Source of the DNA: Pocillopora damicornis
Lineage: Eukaryota
Reading direction: 5' to 3'
Assembly (NCBI RefSeq): GCF_003704095.1
Contig: NW_020845583.1
Span: 186,001 to 250,000 of the forward strand
Length of the DNA stretch: 64,000 nucleotides
Made by a program: the position numbers and the translations under genes. The notes below the pieces were generated by a model that worked only from the letters and a program-made list of their open reading frames with translations, was not told the origin of the DNA and ran no database searches. Positions 49,476 to 61,200 of this stretch are shown here, one piece after another; position 1 is the stretch's first letter, and every line of letters begins with the position of its first letter.

Positions 49476-52400
49476 ATGTATAGAGTCACGATTGGATTCA
49501 TTGTAGTTCTGGTTTGCTTCGTTACCTTGCCTGCTGCTAGCTACTCAAGTCATAAATCGAAATTAATCCCTGGGACTCGTGAGATCCGGCAAGAGCGACG
49601 AACGCGTGAAACCCGTCAGGCACATTCTAGCGACACCAAATGCCGATACAAAATAGCTCTTTTGGACGTGCCTCCATATATAATGAACACAGCTAGTAAC
49701 AAGTCAAACAGAGGGTTTATGTACGAACCGCTCATGAAGTCTATAAATGACGAGTGTTTTGATGAAGGAAAGTCAACGGAATCTCATCTGAACTGCTTCC
49801 TGGATCCAATCTTTGTAAGTGACTACGACGAGATGATCAAACTGATTAAAGAAAAGCAAGTGGATTTTGCTTTTCCTATTCTGTCCGACATGAAAGCTAA
49901 GCTGACGACTGAAACCAATGTCACGCTCATCCGAGCATTTGTCTCATCCGGGTGTTCAATGATAGTGAATACAAAGTTATGCGAGCAGGATTCGCGGAAA
50001 CAGTTGATGACTTCCATCACGTCACAGTGGCCGATATTGGCTTGTATCATACTTTTATCAGGAATATCTGGGGTTATCATTTGGCTTTTTGTGAGTATCA
50101 TTGGCCTAGAAAACGTATTTATAATGAATAAACATTTTTAAATGCTGGAAGTTATTGCATACGCAATTTAATTTTTTAGGAAATTTCAAAGCGCTAGAGA
50201 ATTCAATGATTAATTAGTTTAATCTCATGATTGGCCATCTTTGTTCATTAACACTCATAGTGCTTAAACTTATAGAAAAAAACACTCGAAATTAACTTAA
50301 ACTGTCTGAAATCGAAGATTATCGCGAAAGATTTTAATCAGGTAAAAGAAAATTGTGTTCCTGAGATATCGAAACGGTATGAGCGAGCTCGTAGCGCGCA
50401 GCGAAGCCCCATACACAGCAAAATGGAAGTAATGTTATTTTCAGATTTCGGGGTAGGTCGTTATAATTTAAGTAATTTGGCTTGTGGACGGATGTGTAGT
50501 ATTCATTTTAATACCATGCTTTTGTTTTGAATCCCTCAGGAACATAGAGAAAATGAAGAGTATTTTTCACCATCTTTTGCAATTGGATCGCCTCAGGGGT
50601 TCTGGTGGGCAGTGGTATCACTTACAACGGTAGGGTAAGTTATGTTATTTTTCTTTTGTTTAATAAAAAACTTCGCGGGTTAGAGAGCAAAAACACTGGC
50701 GCCACATTGTCATGTGCATTTTCTTCTCAGCGACCAGTCAATATTTATCGCCCTAGGGAGGGGTCGATTATTTATTTTTTTTGGGGGGGGGAGAGGCGGG
50801 GTTGCGTGGTTTCTAGAGGGAATGGGGTGGATATGGGTCGTCGTCAACCGAGTATAACTGACAATGGGGGGGGGGGGTATGGTTATTACAGAGCGTTATG
50901 GGGGTATCAGGTAAATTCTACCTTGACACAACCAAAATCCTCCAAACCCTAACCCCCTCCCCATAGCGAAAAATATTAGTTATTATTAATTCATGGACAA
51001 ATCTCATGTTTTAAGCACGGCTTAAAGATATAAAGACGCCGCTAGCCACCTATTTCGTCGGAAGTGTAAGCTTGCGTTTTTGAACCACGTATCTTTGCTC
51101 TCTCAAGGTTACTTCCCATCTTCGCAGGTGTCCTTCGGGAAAAAAATCGTACGCGCGCAAGTTTTACTAAAGTCCTAGCAAACTATATAGCAGAAGAGAG
51201 CTTAATAACTGCAGTTTACGAAGAAAATATAATTTAAGCGACTTTTATTTTAAGGAAGTGTCAGGAGCCGGTAAGGCGTGAAACGACCGAAGGTTCTTCT
51301 ATTGAATTTATCGGGTATCGGATGCCACAGTTATTCACATGGCATCAATCAACAAAAGTGTGTCAGGCTTCTTCGATATTCTGATTGGTTGTCTAGATGT
51401 CGGCATCTAAAGTCGGAGTTGCTAAAATACGGGAGGTGTGTTGCGTAAATGGAAGCGAAACAATCTCCTGTTTGGAGAACATTAAGTTTGGGAACCTTTA
51501 TGAGCTAAAATCTCGCATTTGATTTTGGGAGGAGTACAACCACTTTGACCGAAGTTATAGGGTATTTAGAGTTGACAAATTTTCGTCAAATTTCGCCGAC
51601 ATCCTAGGAATAATAACAAACGAAAATGTGTCGAAAAATTTTGATATTTGAAATATTTGTCCCATTGCGTCCATTAACGCAACACGACCGGCATATTTTT
51701 AGCTACTTCAACTTTAGATGTCGATATTTAGACAACCGATAAGAATATCTAGAAAGCCTGACACACTTTTGTTGTTTGATGCCTTGATACCGGCTCCTGA
51801 CACTTCCTTAAAAGAAAAGTCGCTTAAATTATATTATTATCGCAAAATACAGTTATTAAGCTTTCTTCAGGTGTATAGTTTGCAAGGATTCTACGAACTA
51901 CAGCGCGTACGAATTTTTCGCGAAGGACACCCGCTAAGGTGTGAAGTAACCTTAAGTCGCAAGCTGCGGGATTGAACAGGTTTAAAAGCGAAGGATAAAA
52001 TTTTCAGGAATGGCTATTCACGTTGAATTTTTCGCTCGAAGCTCCACTATGTCTATGATGAACGTTTTTTTGGTTAAAATAAAAGTGTTACCAATTTTTA
52101 CCCTGAATTCTGTCAAGAATATAAAAACTGTCAGATGGAGCTGCGCTTGTACTCACACCAGAGCTGGATCAAGGGTTTTATGACAGGGGATCCCAAGCTT
52201 TGATTCAGAAAGCACAAATTAAATTCTCTTTTTATAGCAGAACCTAAGATAAGTAAATTTCAACTACTGTTCGTAGTGACATGCGATCCTGACGTTTCAG
52301 TAATTCTGGTTGTAAAAGTACCAAGGTCCAGATCCCTGGATCTTCATTCTGTATCCACCCCTATAAATTAATTTTTGTCTCCCTTTTTAGGTATGGTGAC

Positions 52401-55400
52401 AAAATACCAAGGTCGATTCCTGGACGGTTATTTAGCATAATTTGGATCCTTGTTGGAGCGATATTGTTATCGCTGTTCACTGCCATGGTCACAAATGCTA
52501 TGAACACTGCTCTGGATGGCTCAAAATGCAAAGATATCAGCGGTAAAGAGGTGAGAGTTGTCAAAAGTAAAAAATACGAAGTTGACAGCGTTGTCTGTGT
52601 TATTTCCATAAACCTGGCTTATCAACTCATTTTGATATTTCTATGGATTGATGATAATCTGGTAAATCATGGCCTTTAGGGTGGATGCTAACCTTACACG
52701 GACAAGGATAAGAGTGGTCCCTTCTTTTTGGTAAAGTCCGTCGCACCAATCAAAAACACAAAAATAAAAACACAAAAATAAAAAGCACAAAAGTAACCGT
52801 GGAAAAAACTGATATTGGCGCGCCGCCGCGTGCCTCATCTGCACATTTCCGCGCGCCACGCTATCATCAATTTGTGTTCTTTTGTTCGCTGATATTTTTT
52901 GACTCGTGCGACGGACCTCTCCGAAAAGTGGAGACTGCTTGCAGTCTATGCACAAACTCAAACAAGAAAAAACAAAAAGAAAGAAAAACGAAACATCTCG
53001 CTGCGGGCCACCCCTGAGCGTGTAACATCATGGTCTGAGCTCTCAGACTCGTTCCGAAAGCCTCCATAACTTTCTTCGTAGAATCTATCGCCAGTAATGC
53101 CCTCTTCGCTGACAGTATCACTCCGCAATCTTTCCAGAATCTTCCTAACTGAATACCAACTTATTGTATCTAAATTTTAGGTGTATGAATTGCGAAGTAA
53201 TCACGCAATTCACCCGAAAATATGTGGAGATTCCAAGATGACAGATCAAGTCTTCACCAAGCCCTATTAAGTTTTTTTACGTGCGATTTTAGTGTTGATT
53301 TACCATAATATGTAAGCACTGTTCCTTGAGACCTATCAATTACTGACTATTGCTAAGTGAGTTATCTGATTCATTACTTACTAAGTTCGTCCTTGTAACA
53401 GTGAAAAGGCTAAAGGATGTAGTCGCGTGCAAGGGGGAAAGGTTATGAAAAAAATGAACTCACCCAACACATGCGCAAGAGAAGATAAAAGCTGTTCTTA
53501 TGTAATGTCATTCACCTTAGGTTGGTTTGTTTATCAAAAATACTGATACACAAATTGTGGCAAAGCAGTTCGACGCGAAGATAATTGGTAAGTAACAATT
53601 TTCGCTTATCTATTGACAACATTCCGTTCACAAATAAAATTAATAAATGCCTCTGTCTTCCTTAGTAAATTAACGTGACGATGCCATACTGGATTAACGA
53701 AGATCAGGCATGTGCTCCTGATTCCTGTCTCACCGAAGGATTCAGGGATAGTTCTGATTTCACCCGACTCCGTGGCAATTATTCGTTCCGGGGCACACGC
53801 CAGTATGACTTCCCATTCAAATACAAACGTACACGAACACAGAGCCACGAGAGGGGGGAAGAGGAGGGAGACGGGGAGGGAGAGGGGATTGACTTCACCC
53901 AGACGGGAAAGTCCTCCCATATCATGAGGCCATACCTTACACTAAAAATACATGTCAGTGACACCTCTTCTGACAAACTACCAATTGGATAAAGTCTCAA
54001 AGGTTTTTTAACCTTTTTAAAGCGACCTCCCTTGTGACTGGACTGATCCAGAAATATCTGATATTACAGTGTTGAGAAGCCTGCAAGAGATGCAAGAAAA
54101 ACTCAGCGAAGGAACCATTGGAAGAGTCCTTGTAGATCGAAATACTGCATTTTACTTCCTCGATAAATCCGGACTGAAAAAGAACAGGCAGATACGAATG
54201 ATTCGCAATATCGATTATCCGATGGATTATTACTTGGCGCATGTATACGCGGCACCAGTGAACGTTACAAATGACACCGATCCAGAAATTGTCAAGAGAA
54301 AAAAAGTGGTGGAATGTGGACCAGCATTAAAGGAATATTCCACAGATTTGCGCGTAGAAAGTAAAAAGGCCTCAGGTGCCCTGATACCCGCAGAACTGCA
54401 GGTAGTCTCCTACAACACTTATGAACTAAAGTGGTCAAGAGTAATTGTTGGTACTCATGTCATGTTTTTGATACACGACCATACAAAAGTTTTTTTTTTG
54501 TCGCCATACGGCTTTAACTGGCCGGCTAAATATGAGAGGTTCGTTTTAGGCAACTTTAGCCCTCTGATGATGAAAGAACGCTTGCAAAGTTGCGGAACAC
54601 CTTCTTCTACAGTTATTAGACGCTTTTCTTTAGTCTCTTATCCTTTAACACCCAGAGTCAATTAACAAATAACCTCTCCCTATAATATTCATGCATTACC
54701 TAGCAAACAGGTCATGGAAATACTCAAACTTATCTGGTAGAAGTTGTTAGTATATACCACACAAGTCAATAGTACTTTTCGCGCGCGCTGATTGGCTAAT
54801 TCGGAGGTGAATAACAAGCAGTATTCACCTCTGAGTAGCCCAAGAGACAAATGGCGCGTCACCAACCATTTTTTGTTGTAATGAGGGAAATAAACTAATT
54901 GTTTGTTGTCTGTTCTGGAAAAATGAGAAAAGAAGGATACCTATGGAAAACAAGGACTACCCTTGTCCTTTAAACAACTCTAAGTGGTTGAGTCTATTCT
55001 TCTTTAATGTTTTTTTGTTTTTAGACAACAGCCTTATTTGATCAAATGGATGGTTTATTCTCAAGTGGCTCAGAAATAACCCGGTTTATCTTATTTAGTC
55101 TTCTTGGGATATTCCTCGGACTTGTCATCATTGTGATGGCTTGGGAGGGCTTGAATTCCTGTAATCCTGCGATTCTAAAAAGGAAAGGTAAGTTTAACCC
55201 CTGTTGCAATATTTTGATTCAATTTGTCCTTGTTCTACCATCAACAAACATTGTCATTTTTGGCAGGGCGGGTCAGAGGTTTTCGCGGGAGGAGGGGGGG
55301 GGGAATGCGTAGTTTTCAGGGAGTACGGAGGGAGGACCTATCAGAGCATAAAGGGAGATCATTAGAATTCAACAGAGCCTTACGGAGGATCAGATAAATT

Positions 55401-55740
55401 GTGATGCAACTCAGATCCTCCGAAGTAACTCCCTCCCCGTCCCTAACCCCCAATTTTATGATAGATACTGACGGTTCCTAAATACAATTTGTTTTCCTTA
55501 ATTAGGCTTTGACAGATCCCGCATTTCTTTAATTCTTCAGATATGCGCAAGTGTGACCAAGGAAGCGAAGAAGATAATCCAACCCACTTTAACAGGAAGA
55601 AATTCGTGGCAGAGAATTTTCAGAGTCTTGAAAATAGACTCAGAGAATTATCTAGCGACTTGCAGAAGATTAAAAAAGACTTTGCTGAAGCTCTCTTAAT
55701 CCAGGAAAAAGATGCGCCTCATGAAACACTGCTGCAATAA
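49476..55740 (+). CDS. GluR0/AvGluR1-like ligand-gated channel with K+ selectivity filter, copy 2; 7 coding exons (49476-50090, 50540-50634, 52391-52550, 53521-53587, 54070-54401, 55025-55187, 55541-55740), 543 aa
   Basis: Signal peptide; S1 (IALLDVPPYIM...YDEMIKLIKEKQVDFAFP); M1 (WPILACIILLSGISGVIIWLFE); pore [24 protein letters not shown]; inner helix (IWILVGAILLSLFTAMVTNAM); S2 (DISGKEVG...EMQEKLSEGTIGRVLVDRNTAFYF); M4; C-terminal coiled coil. The 1632 nt spliced frame is intact. Confidence 0.9.
51107..51951. mobile_element. Non-autonomous long-TIR DNA element (Kolobok-like) inserted at TTAA in coding intron 2 of channel copy 2
   Basis: Termini GGTTACTTC...GAAGTAACC with imperfect inverted arms of about 300 bp, flanked by TCAA and TTAA. 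The paralogous site in copy 3 is empty, with a single TTAA at 63651-63654. Confidence 0.85.
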
Positions 55741-56217
55741 GGCGAGAAATTGTAACGTTTAAATAGCTTTATCTTATTTTAGCTCATTCCTATGAGCAGA
55801 GTTTGTAAATTATTAGTAATGACATTCTATCTATATGTTCTTCTGGACGGAAGAATTCATCGTTATGTCATTTGTCACATTTTGACAGCCACCAGACGTT
55901 TTCCATACGTGTTACAGGTAATTTTCGGTTTTAAAAACCCTCTTTTTCAAGTGAGCCAAGCTGCAAATCTGTCTTATGAAAATAAGTTTCATTTAACTTG
56001 TATCATTCTCTAATCAAAGGTCTTGCAGTCATCCATGTTTTAGAGCAGAGGCCTTTGTTACCTCTGACATTTTACAGCAAAGAGGAAAAATTTAACTAGT
56101 CGTTGGTCAAATTGCAATCATTATCATAAATAAGGTAGGTAAGGTCAGCATAAGAAACAGTCGGCTCATTTGTTCTGTGCTTCTACTCTGTCCCCACTTC
56201 GCCTTAGACGTCTTCCA

Positions 56218-56344
56218 ATGGCCTAATGCATGGTCAGTGCACTGGACTCTGGATCGAGAGGTCTGGGTTCGAGACCTGACGGGGTCAATGGGTTGTGTTC
56301 TTGGGCAAGACACTTTTCTCTCCCATGCCTCTTTCCACCTAGGA
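56218..56344 (+). mobile_element. SINE 5-prime portion truncated by the assembly gap
   Basis: tggcctaatg...ctggactctggatcgagaggtctgggttcgagacc...ttgtgttcttgggcaagacac, related to 10853-10950. Confidence 0.65.
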
Positions 56345-56444
56345 NNNNNNNNNNNNNNNNNNNNNNNNNNNNNNNNNNNNNNNNNNNNNNNNNNNNNNNN
56401 NNNNNNNNNNNNNNNNNNNNNNNNNNNNNNNNNNNNNNNNNNNN
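56345..56444. other. Assembly gap (100 N)
   Basis: Run of N. Confidence 1.
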
Positions 56445-56730
56445 GTGAAAGCTACAACTTGTAAAGTAATTAAAGGAATCTTTACTTTTAGTGATCAAGA
56501 AATATACTGATCAATGTATAGTTATAATAACAGGTGAAAAATATATAAAAAAAAAAAGCTTAGACGTTAGATCAAATAGCGTCCACAGCTATTTATTTTA
56601 GGGACCTTACTCCCACACTAGATGATTGGTTCATTTGACTAAGAATTTTTGGGTTCGCTCTTTTGCTATGAACAGATTAATCGTGTCGCAGCAAGCAACT
56701 ACAGGAATGGGCTAACGAATTAGAAGAAAG
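56445..56730 (+). repeat. Third short copy of the duplication-unit start, on a small contig between two gaps
   Basis: Matches 58100-58390 and, from 56557 onward, 45766-45945. Confidence 0.8.
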
Positions 56731-57552
56731 TCATAACTTTACAGTCTTGGCTCAACCTTTAGTTCTAATTTAGTTTTAATTCTTTCGTGAAAATAGCCGC
56801 GGCAGTAAAACATACTCACATATAATAGCTTCTACTACAGCATTAGAATGGAAAGGTTTATAATACAGACCAGATACAGATTTTAAGTCTAATAAACAAA
56901 CGTATTGTACAAAATAACATTACAAAATTATGTCTTGACTATAAAATCGTCTCTGCTTGATGGGTTACAATTATGTTACCATCATTTTGGAGGGAGCAGC
57001 GCGCCGTGCAAGGGAAGCTCCGCTATTACACAATTATCTAGCTGCGAAGTGAACTGGAAAATATAATAGCATGTATCGGTTAACCGAACAAAAACTAGTA
57101 AAAAAAAAAATCATTTAAGTAATTAAATTTTCAAATAACATCAAATGATCTTATCTAGACCAATTTACAATAACAAAAATAATAACTCTAATGGTTGATT
57201 GGCCCAGAAAACTTTAGCTATCCTCTCAACCTAGCGGATGCAAAACTAATAGCAACTGCAACTTGCTCATTCCCATTTTTCCTGCTTTTGAAGCAGTTTG
57301 CTTGTTTTCACTTTGAGTTCTCTTTGGTTAATGATAATGTAAAGTTTTCTTCTGATTGGTTGCTTTAATAACTTTGGTTTTGTTTTTCAACTCTCAGAAC
57401 ATAACTCCTCTATGTACAACGTATCAATCATAAGAGTCAACACTTGACTTTGTTAGGGATACAGCAAAAATCCCCAGCTATACAATAATTTTACAAGGTT
57501 AAAACTGGCCTTCCTTGCCTCCATAGTCCAGGAAATTGACCCACCCAGCCTG

Positions 57553-57652
57553 NNNNNNNNNNNNNNNNNNNNNNNNNNNNNNNNNNNNNNNNNNNNNNNN
57601 NNNNNNNNNNNNNNNNNNNNNNNNNNNNNNNNNNNNNNNNNNNNNNNNNNNN
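57553..57652. other. Assembly gap (100 N)
   Basis: Run of N. Confidence 1.
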
Positions 57653-58220
57653 TAAGGTATAATATAACAATAATTGTTTCTTGACCTCTCTTCGCTTCGT
57701 TAGACGAATGCAAGTGTAATTTCAGGCTGGTCGCTTTCTCAATTTCTTTCGCAAGAAGCACGAGATTTTATAACATTTCAGGAGACTTTTGGAATCACTA
57801 ACTTTTAAGATTATGGAGGGCAGATGCAAGTGGTCACCGAAGACTCTCGGTTAAAAGTTAAGCCTAGAGCATGCATAATAAACTCTGATTATAGGAGAAT
57901 AACGGCCAGCCTAGTACCATTGTTTATTTACAGGCAATAAACTCCAATCCAGGTGATGTCTCTCTGAGAAATGCATCCCTGTTTTGCACTTGAATCTTGC
58001 ACCGTAATCGATAATTTTTTCGTGTATCTATAAATATATTTTTTAATTCAGGCAAGACTGTATATAGAAGCATATTTTTGTAACGTCAGATATGCCACAA
58101 GTGAAAGCTAAATGATGTTTACGACTTGTAAAGTAATCATAGGAATCTTTACTTTTAGTGATCAAGACCTATACTGACTAAGGTATAGTTATAATCCCAG
58201 GTGAAAAAAAAAAAAAAAAA

Positions 58221-61200
58221 AGCTTAGACGTTAGATCAAATAGTGTCCACAGCGAATTATTTTAGGGACCTTACTCGCACACTAGATAATTTGTTCCCTT
58301 GAATAAGAATTTTTTAGGCTCGCTCTTGTACCATGAACAAATTAATCGCGTCGCGGCAAGCAACTACAGGAATGGGCTGACAAATTAGAAAAAAAAAGAT
58401 AAAGAATCTTAAATCTCGGCCAAAAAATTAGTTACAAGAAAAGAAGGTTTGGTTTAGTTTAAGGTTTTGATATTCAGTCTTATTTAATCCTTGTTTGAAA
58501 AAATTGAACAAAATGTGATGTCTCAGACTTCTAAAAAATTAAAAAAGAAACTCATAACCCCTAACGTCTCGATCAAAAAGTAAGATAATGATAATTGCTT
58601 GGCAAAATTACTTCTGCAGACATTTAATTAGGATGTTTAAATTCTCTGCCAGGGGTCTCTGTGAGCCCCAAAGTTTTCCGTGTCTGTATTTGCATAAGCT
58701 TGAGTTTCATGATGACGCGACAATATATATACCTACCAGAGGATGGATAATCTTCATTGTATAAGTGGTGTAAGGAATCTTTAATGAAGAATTAAAGATA
58801 TTATAAAACTGTAGAATATTAGGGACAATTTTGTATAAAGTCTTTTAGTTTTAGTCATTCACGGGCTTAGTTTGGACACTATTTAGACTTCTTCCCCAAC
58901 CCTCACCCCTGTGAATCTTATTTCAAGTAATTGTAAATAAACTGGTGTTTTTGAATTTTCATGTTTGTTAAGGTTACTGGATTCTGGCCAATTTTCATGA
59001 AAATCCAACAAATCTACATACCCTGTAAATTCGTTTAAGTAGAGGTAACTTGCGTAAAAACAAACCTCGAGCTTTCGTTCTCTAAAGAAATTCTCAGTTT
59101 TCGCCTGTCATTGCGGTCACACCGCCGACCAATGGAACGCGACATCGATTCCCTGCTATGTGTCTAGACGAAAAACTCCTAAATTCGCGGGAAAGGTAAT
59201 TTCACAAGACGGGGAAAATGAATTTTCGATGGTTTAACGAAGTCCTAATGTTCATCCTCAAAGAACATAAAGAAAAGTGAGTAAAGCAAGGTAAGGAAAA
59301 AATAATTTGCCTTCTGTTTTCTCGGCCTGGGCTCTCTCACGACGATTCCTTTTTTGTTGAGGAATCTGATTTATTAACATATTGCGAAATGTTACAGATT
59401 GCCCTCCGTTGTGTTGTGCAAGACGCCATTCAAACAAAATATGCAAATAAAAATTCCGGACGAAACCCCGTGGAAAACGTTGACACTGTGCTTGAGGCCT
59501 CTCCGGTTATGACACCTTTCACTCTTCGGTAAAGGTTCCCTTTACCCTTTAACTCCCTCGATCTAATTAGCAATTCTCCTCACTCTCTACCATATAAATC
59601 TTGTGATATCAGTTCGGAGCACTTTGGTATCGGATCGACTAATGATCCCCCAATTGATATTTTTCTTTATTCTCATCACTTGTCTGCATGATATTGTATT
59701 GATGATGTAAGGAGAATTTATGTCTTGGTCACCCATGGGAGTAATGGGTTAAGACATTCTCTCAGCCACATCTCCCTTTTATTTCAAGATTTTGTAATTT
59801 TCATGTCCCTTAAAACTAGAATTGACTGCTTTCTTTGACTAAAGAGCGAAAAAACGAAATTCTAATAGTTTTGACCAGATTTTGTTGATAGTAAGCTGAG
59901 TATTCGTTTATATGATTTTAGTGGAAGTTACGAGTTGCTAGCCCTGACCCAAAAGAAAAGTAAAAGGAGAATCCTACAAGAGTTAAGATGAGTGGATAGG
60001 GCCTTAAGAATAATAAATAAATAGATGGACAATTCTAATTCGAGAGTCAAAATCATTTTTGTGGTTAACCAAAAATATCTGAAACAATGGACCAATGAAT
60101 GATGTCCACATTTCGTAATCGGCAGCTGCACCCCGTGAGCTGTGAGGACTCTTGTTGACTTACAATTGTTCAGCGATTCTTGTCTTTTGTTAAAAGGGAG
60201 ATTAAATTTCACTGCGTTTGATATTTCACACAACCTGTACTTCAACAAATATATAACTCTTTTACAACTGCAGTAAGTCAAGGTAGGTGGAATCTGGAGC
60301 CTTCCTGCTTTCGATCCCGAGTCGAGTCGCTATTTTGCCGAGATAATAGTCTGAGTTGTTTATAAAAAATGACTCAACTTATCTCTTTAAAGAACGAATA
60401 TAGTGCAAAATTTGTATAGATTTCTTCCCCGTGAAATCCTCAGAGGATTACCAAAAATGTATCTGAAGAAAAGCACAAATATATGCATTTGCCTGAAATC
60501 TCGCTACGAATATTTTGAAAATGATTACTTTCAAAGCGGTTCACCGACACTTCAAGACAGCACAAACATTTTTCCTTTTTTGATTCCTTTATGCAAATTT
60601 CTGGTGTTTGTCACTGGTTAAAAAAAGCATCACATTTTTCTTTCGCAACACTCTTAGTAAGCAATTTTCATTTCTACTAGGAATACAAATAATTTATTAC
60701 CTTATTTTTCGTCCGTTTTGGCTGTTCGTTATCTCATAAGCGATAGTCATTGTTTGTATTCTCAGCGGGACTGTAAATTGTTTTCTTTCTTTTTTATTTT
60801 TTACCCAAGCGACGATAAGAGGTGGCAGCAAATTGTAGTCAGAATCATTTCCATAAAAATACCAGCTGACTTACCGCCATCAGCGCTATAATATATGCTC
60901 TAATGGATCATGTTCCTAACTCTTTAAGATACAATCTTAGTTCACAGTCTTTATCGTCTTAATTTGCTAGTGGAGGTTCTTATTAACTTGGATTCGACTC
61001 TCCTGTTTTCTGCTTCCAATGCGAAGTTTTCCCACCTTCAAGCTCTCTTGTCGCATGATTTATACCGATAGCAGGAATTGGAGGTGAGTATAACGTTGCA
61101 TTATTTAAAACGTGAAATTTTTTCCAGCAATTTTAAGTTGTATTTTACTCTAACACTGACTAAATACCTTGGAACACAAGACCACGGACAGAATTTCCAC

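Larger units (their letters stand above)
45766..52240 (+). repeat. Tandem segmental duplication unit A (upstream region, 5-prime UTR exons and start of channel copy 2)
   Basis: Colinear and highly similar to 58221-63940, from agcttagacgttagatcaaatag through gattcagaaagcacaaattaaattctc. Confidence 0.9.

Noticed and set aside
49823-50101. Antisense ORFs conserved in both duplicates (also 62465-62794)
   Set aside because: Shadow of the sense coding exon; conservation is explained by recent duplication.
53606-54000. Overlapping 70-105 aa ORFs on both strands
   Set aside because: GC-richer intronic insert, possibly an LTR fragment, with no recognisable protein motif; boundaries could not be supported.
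49476-55740. Bacterial contamination explaining the GluR0-like gene
   Set aside because: It has six spliceosomal introns, contains host-type repeats and lies contiguous with animal genes.
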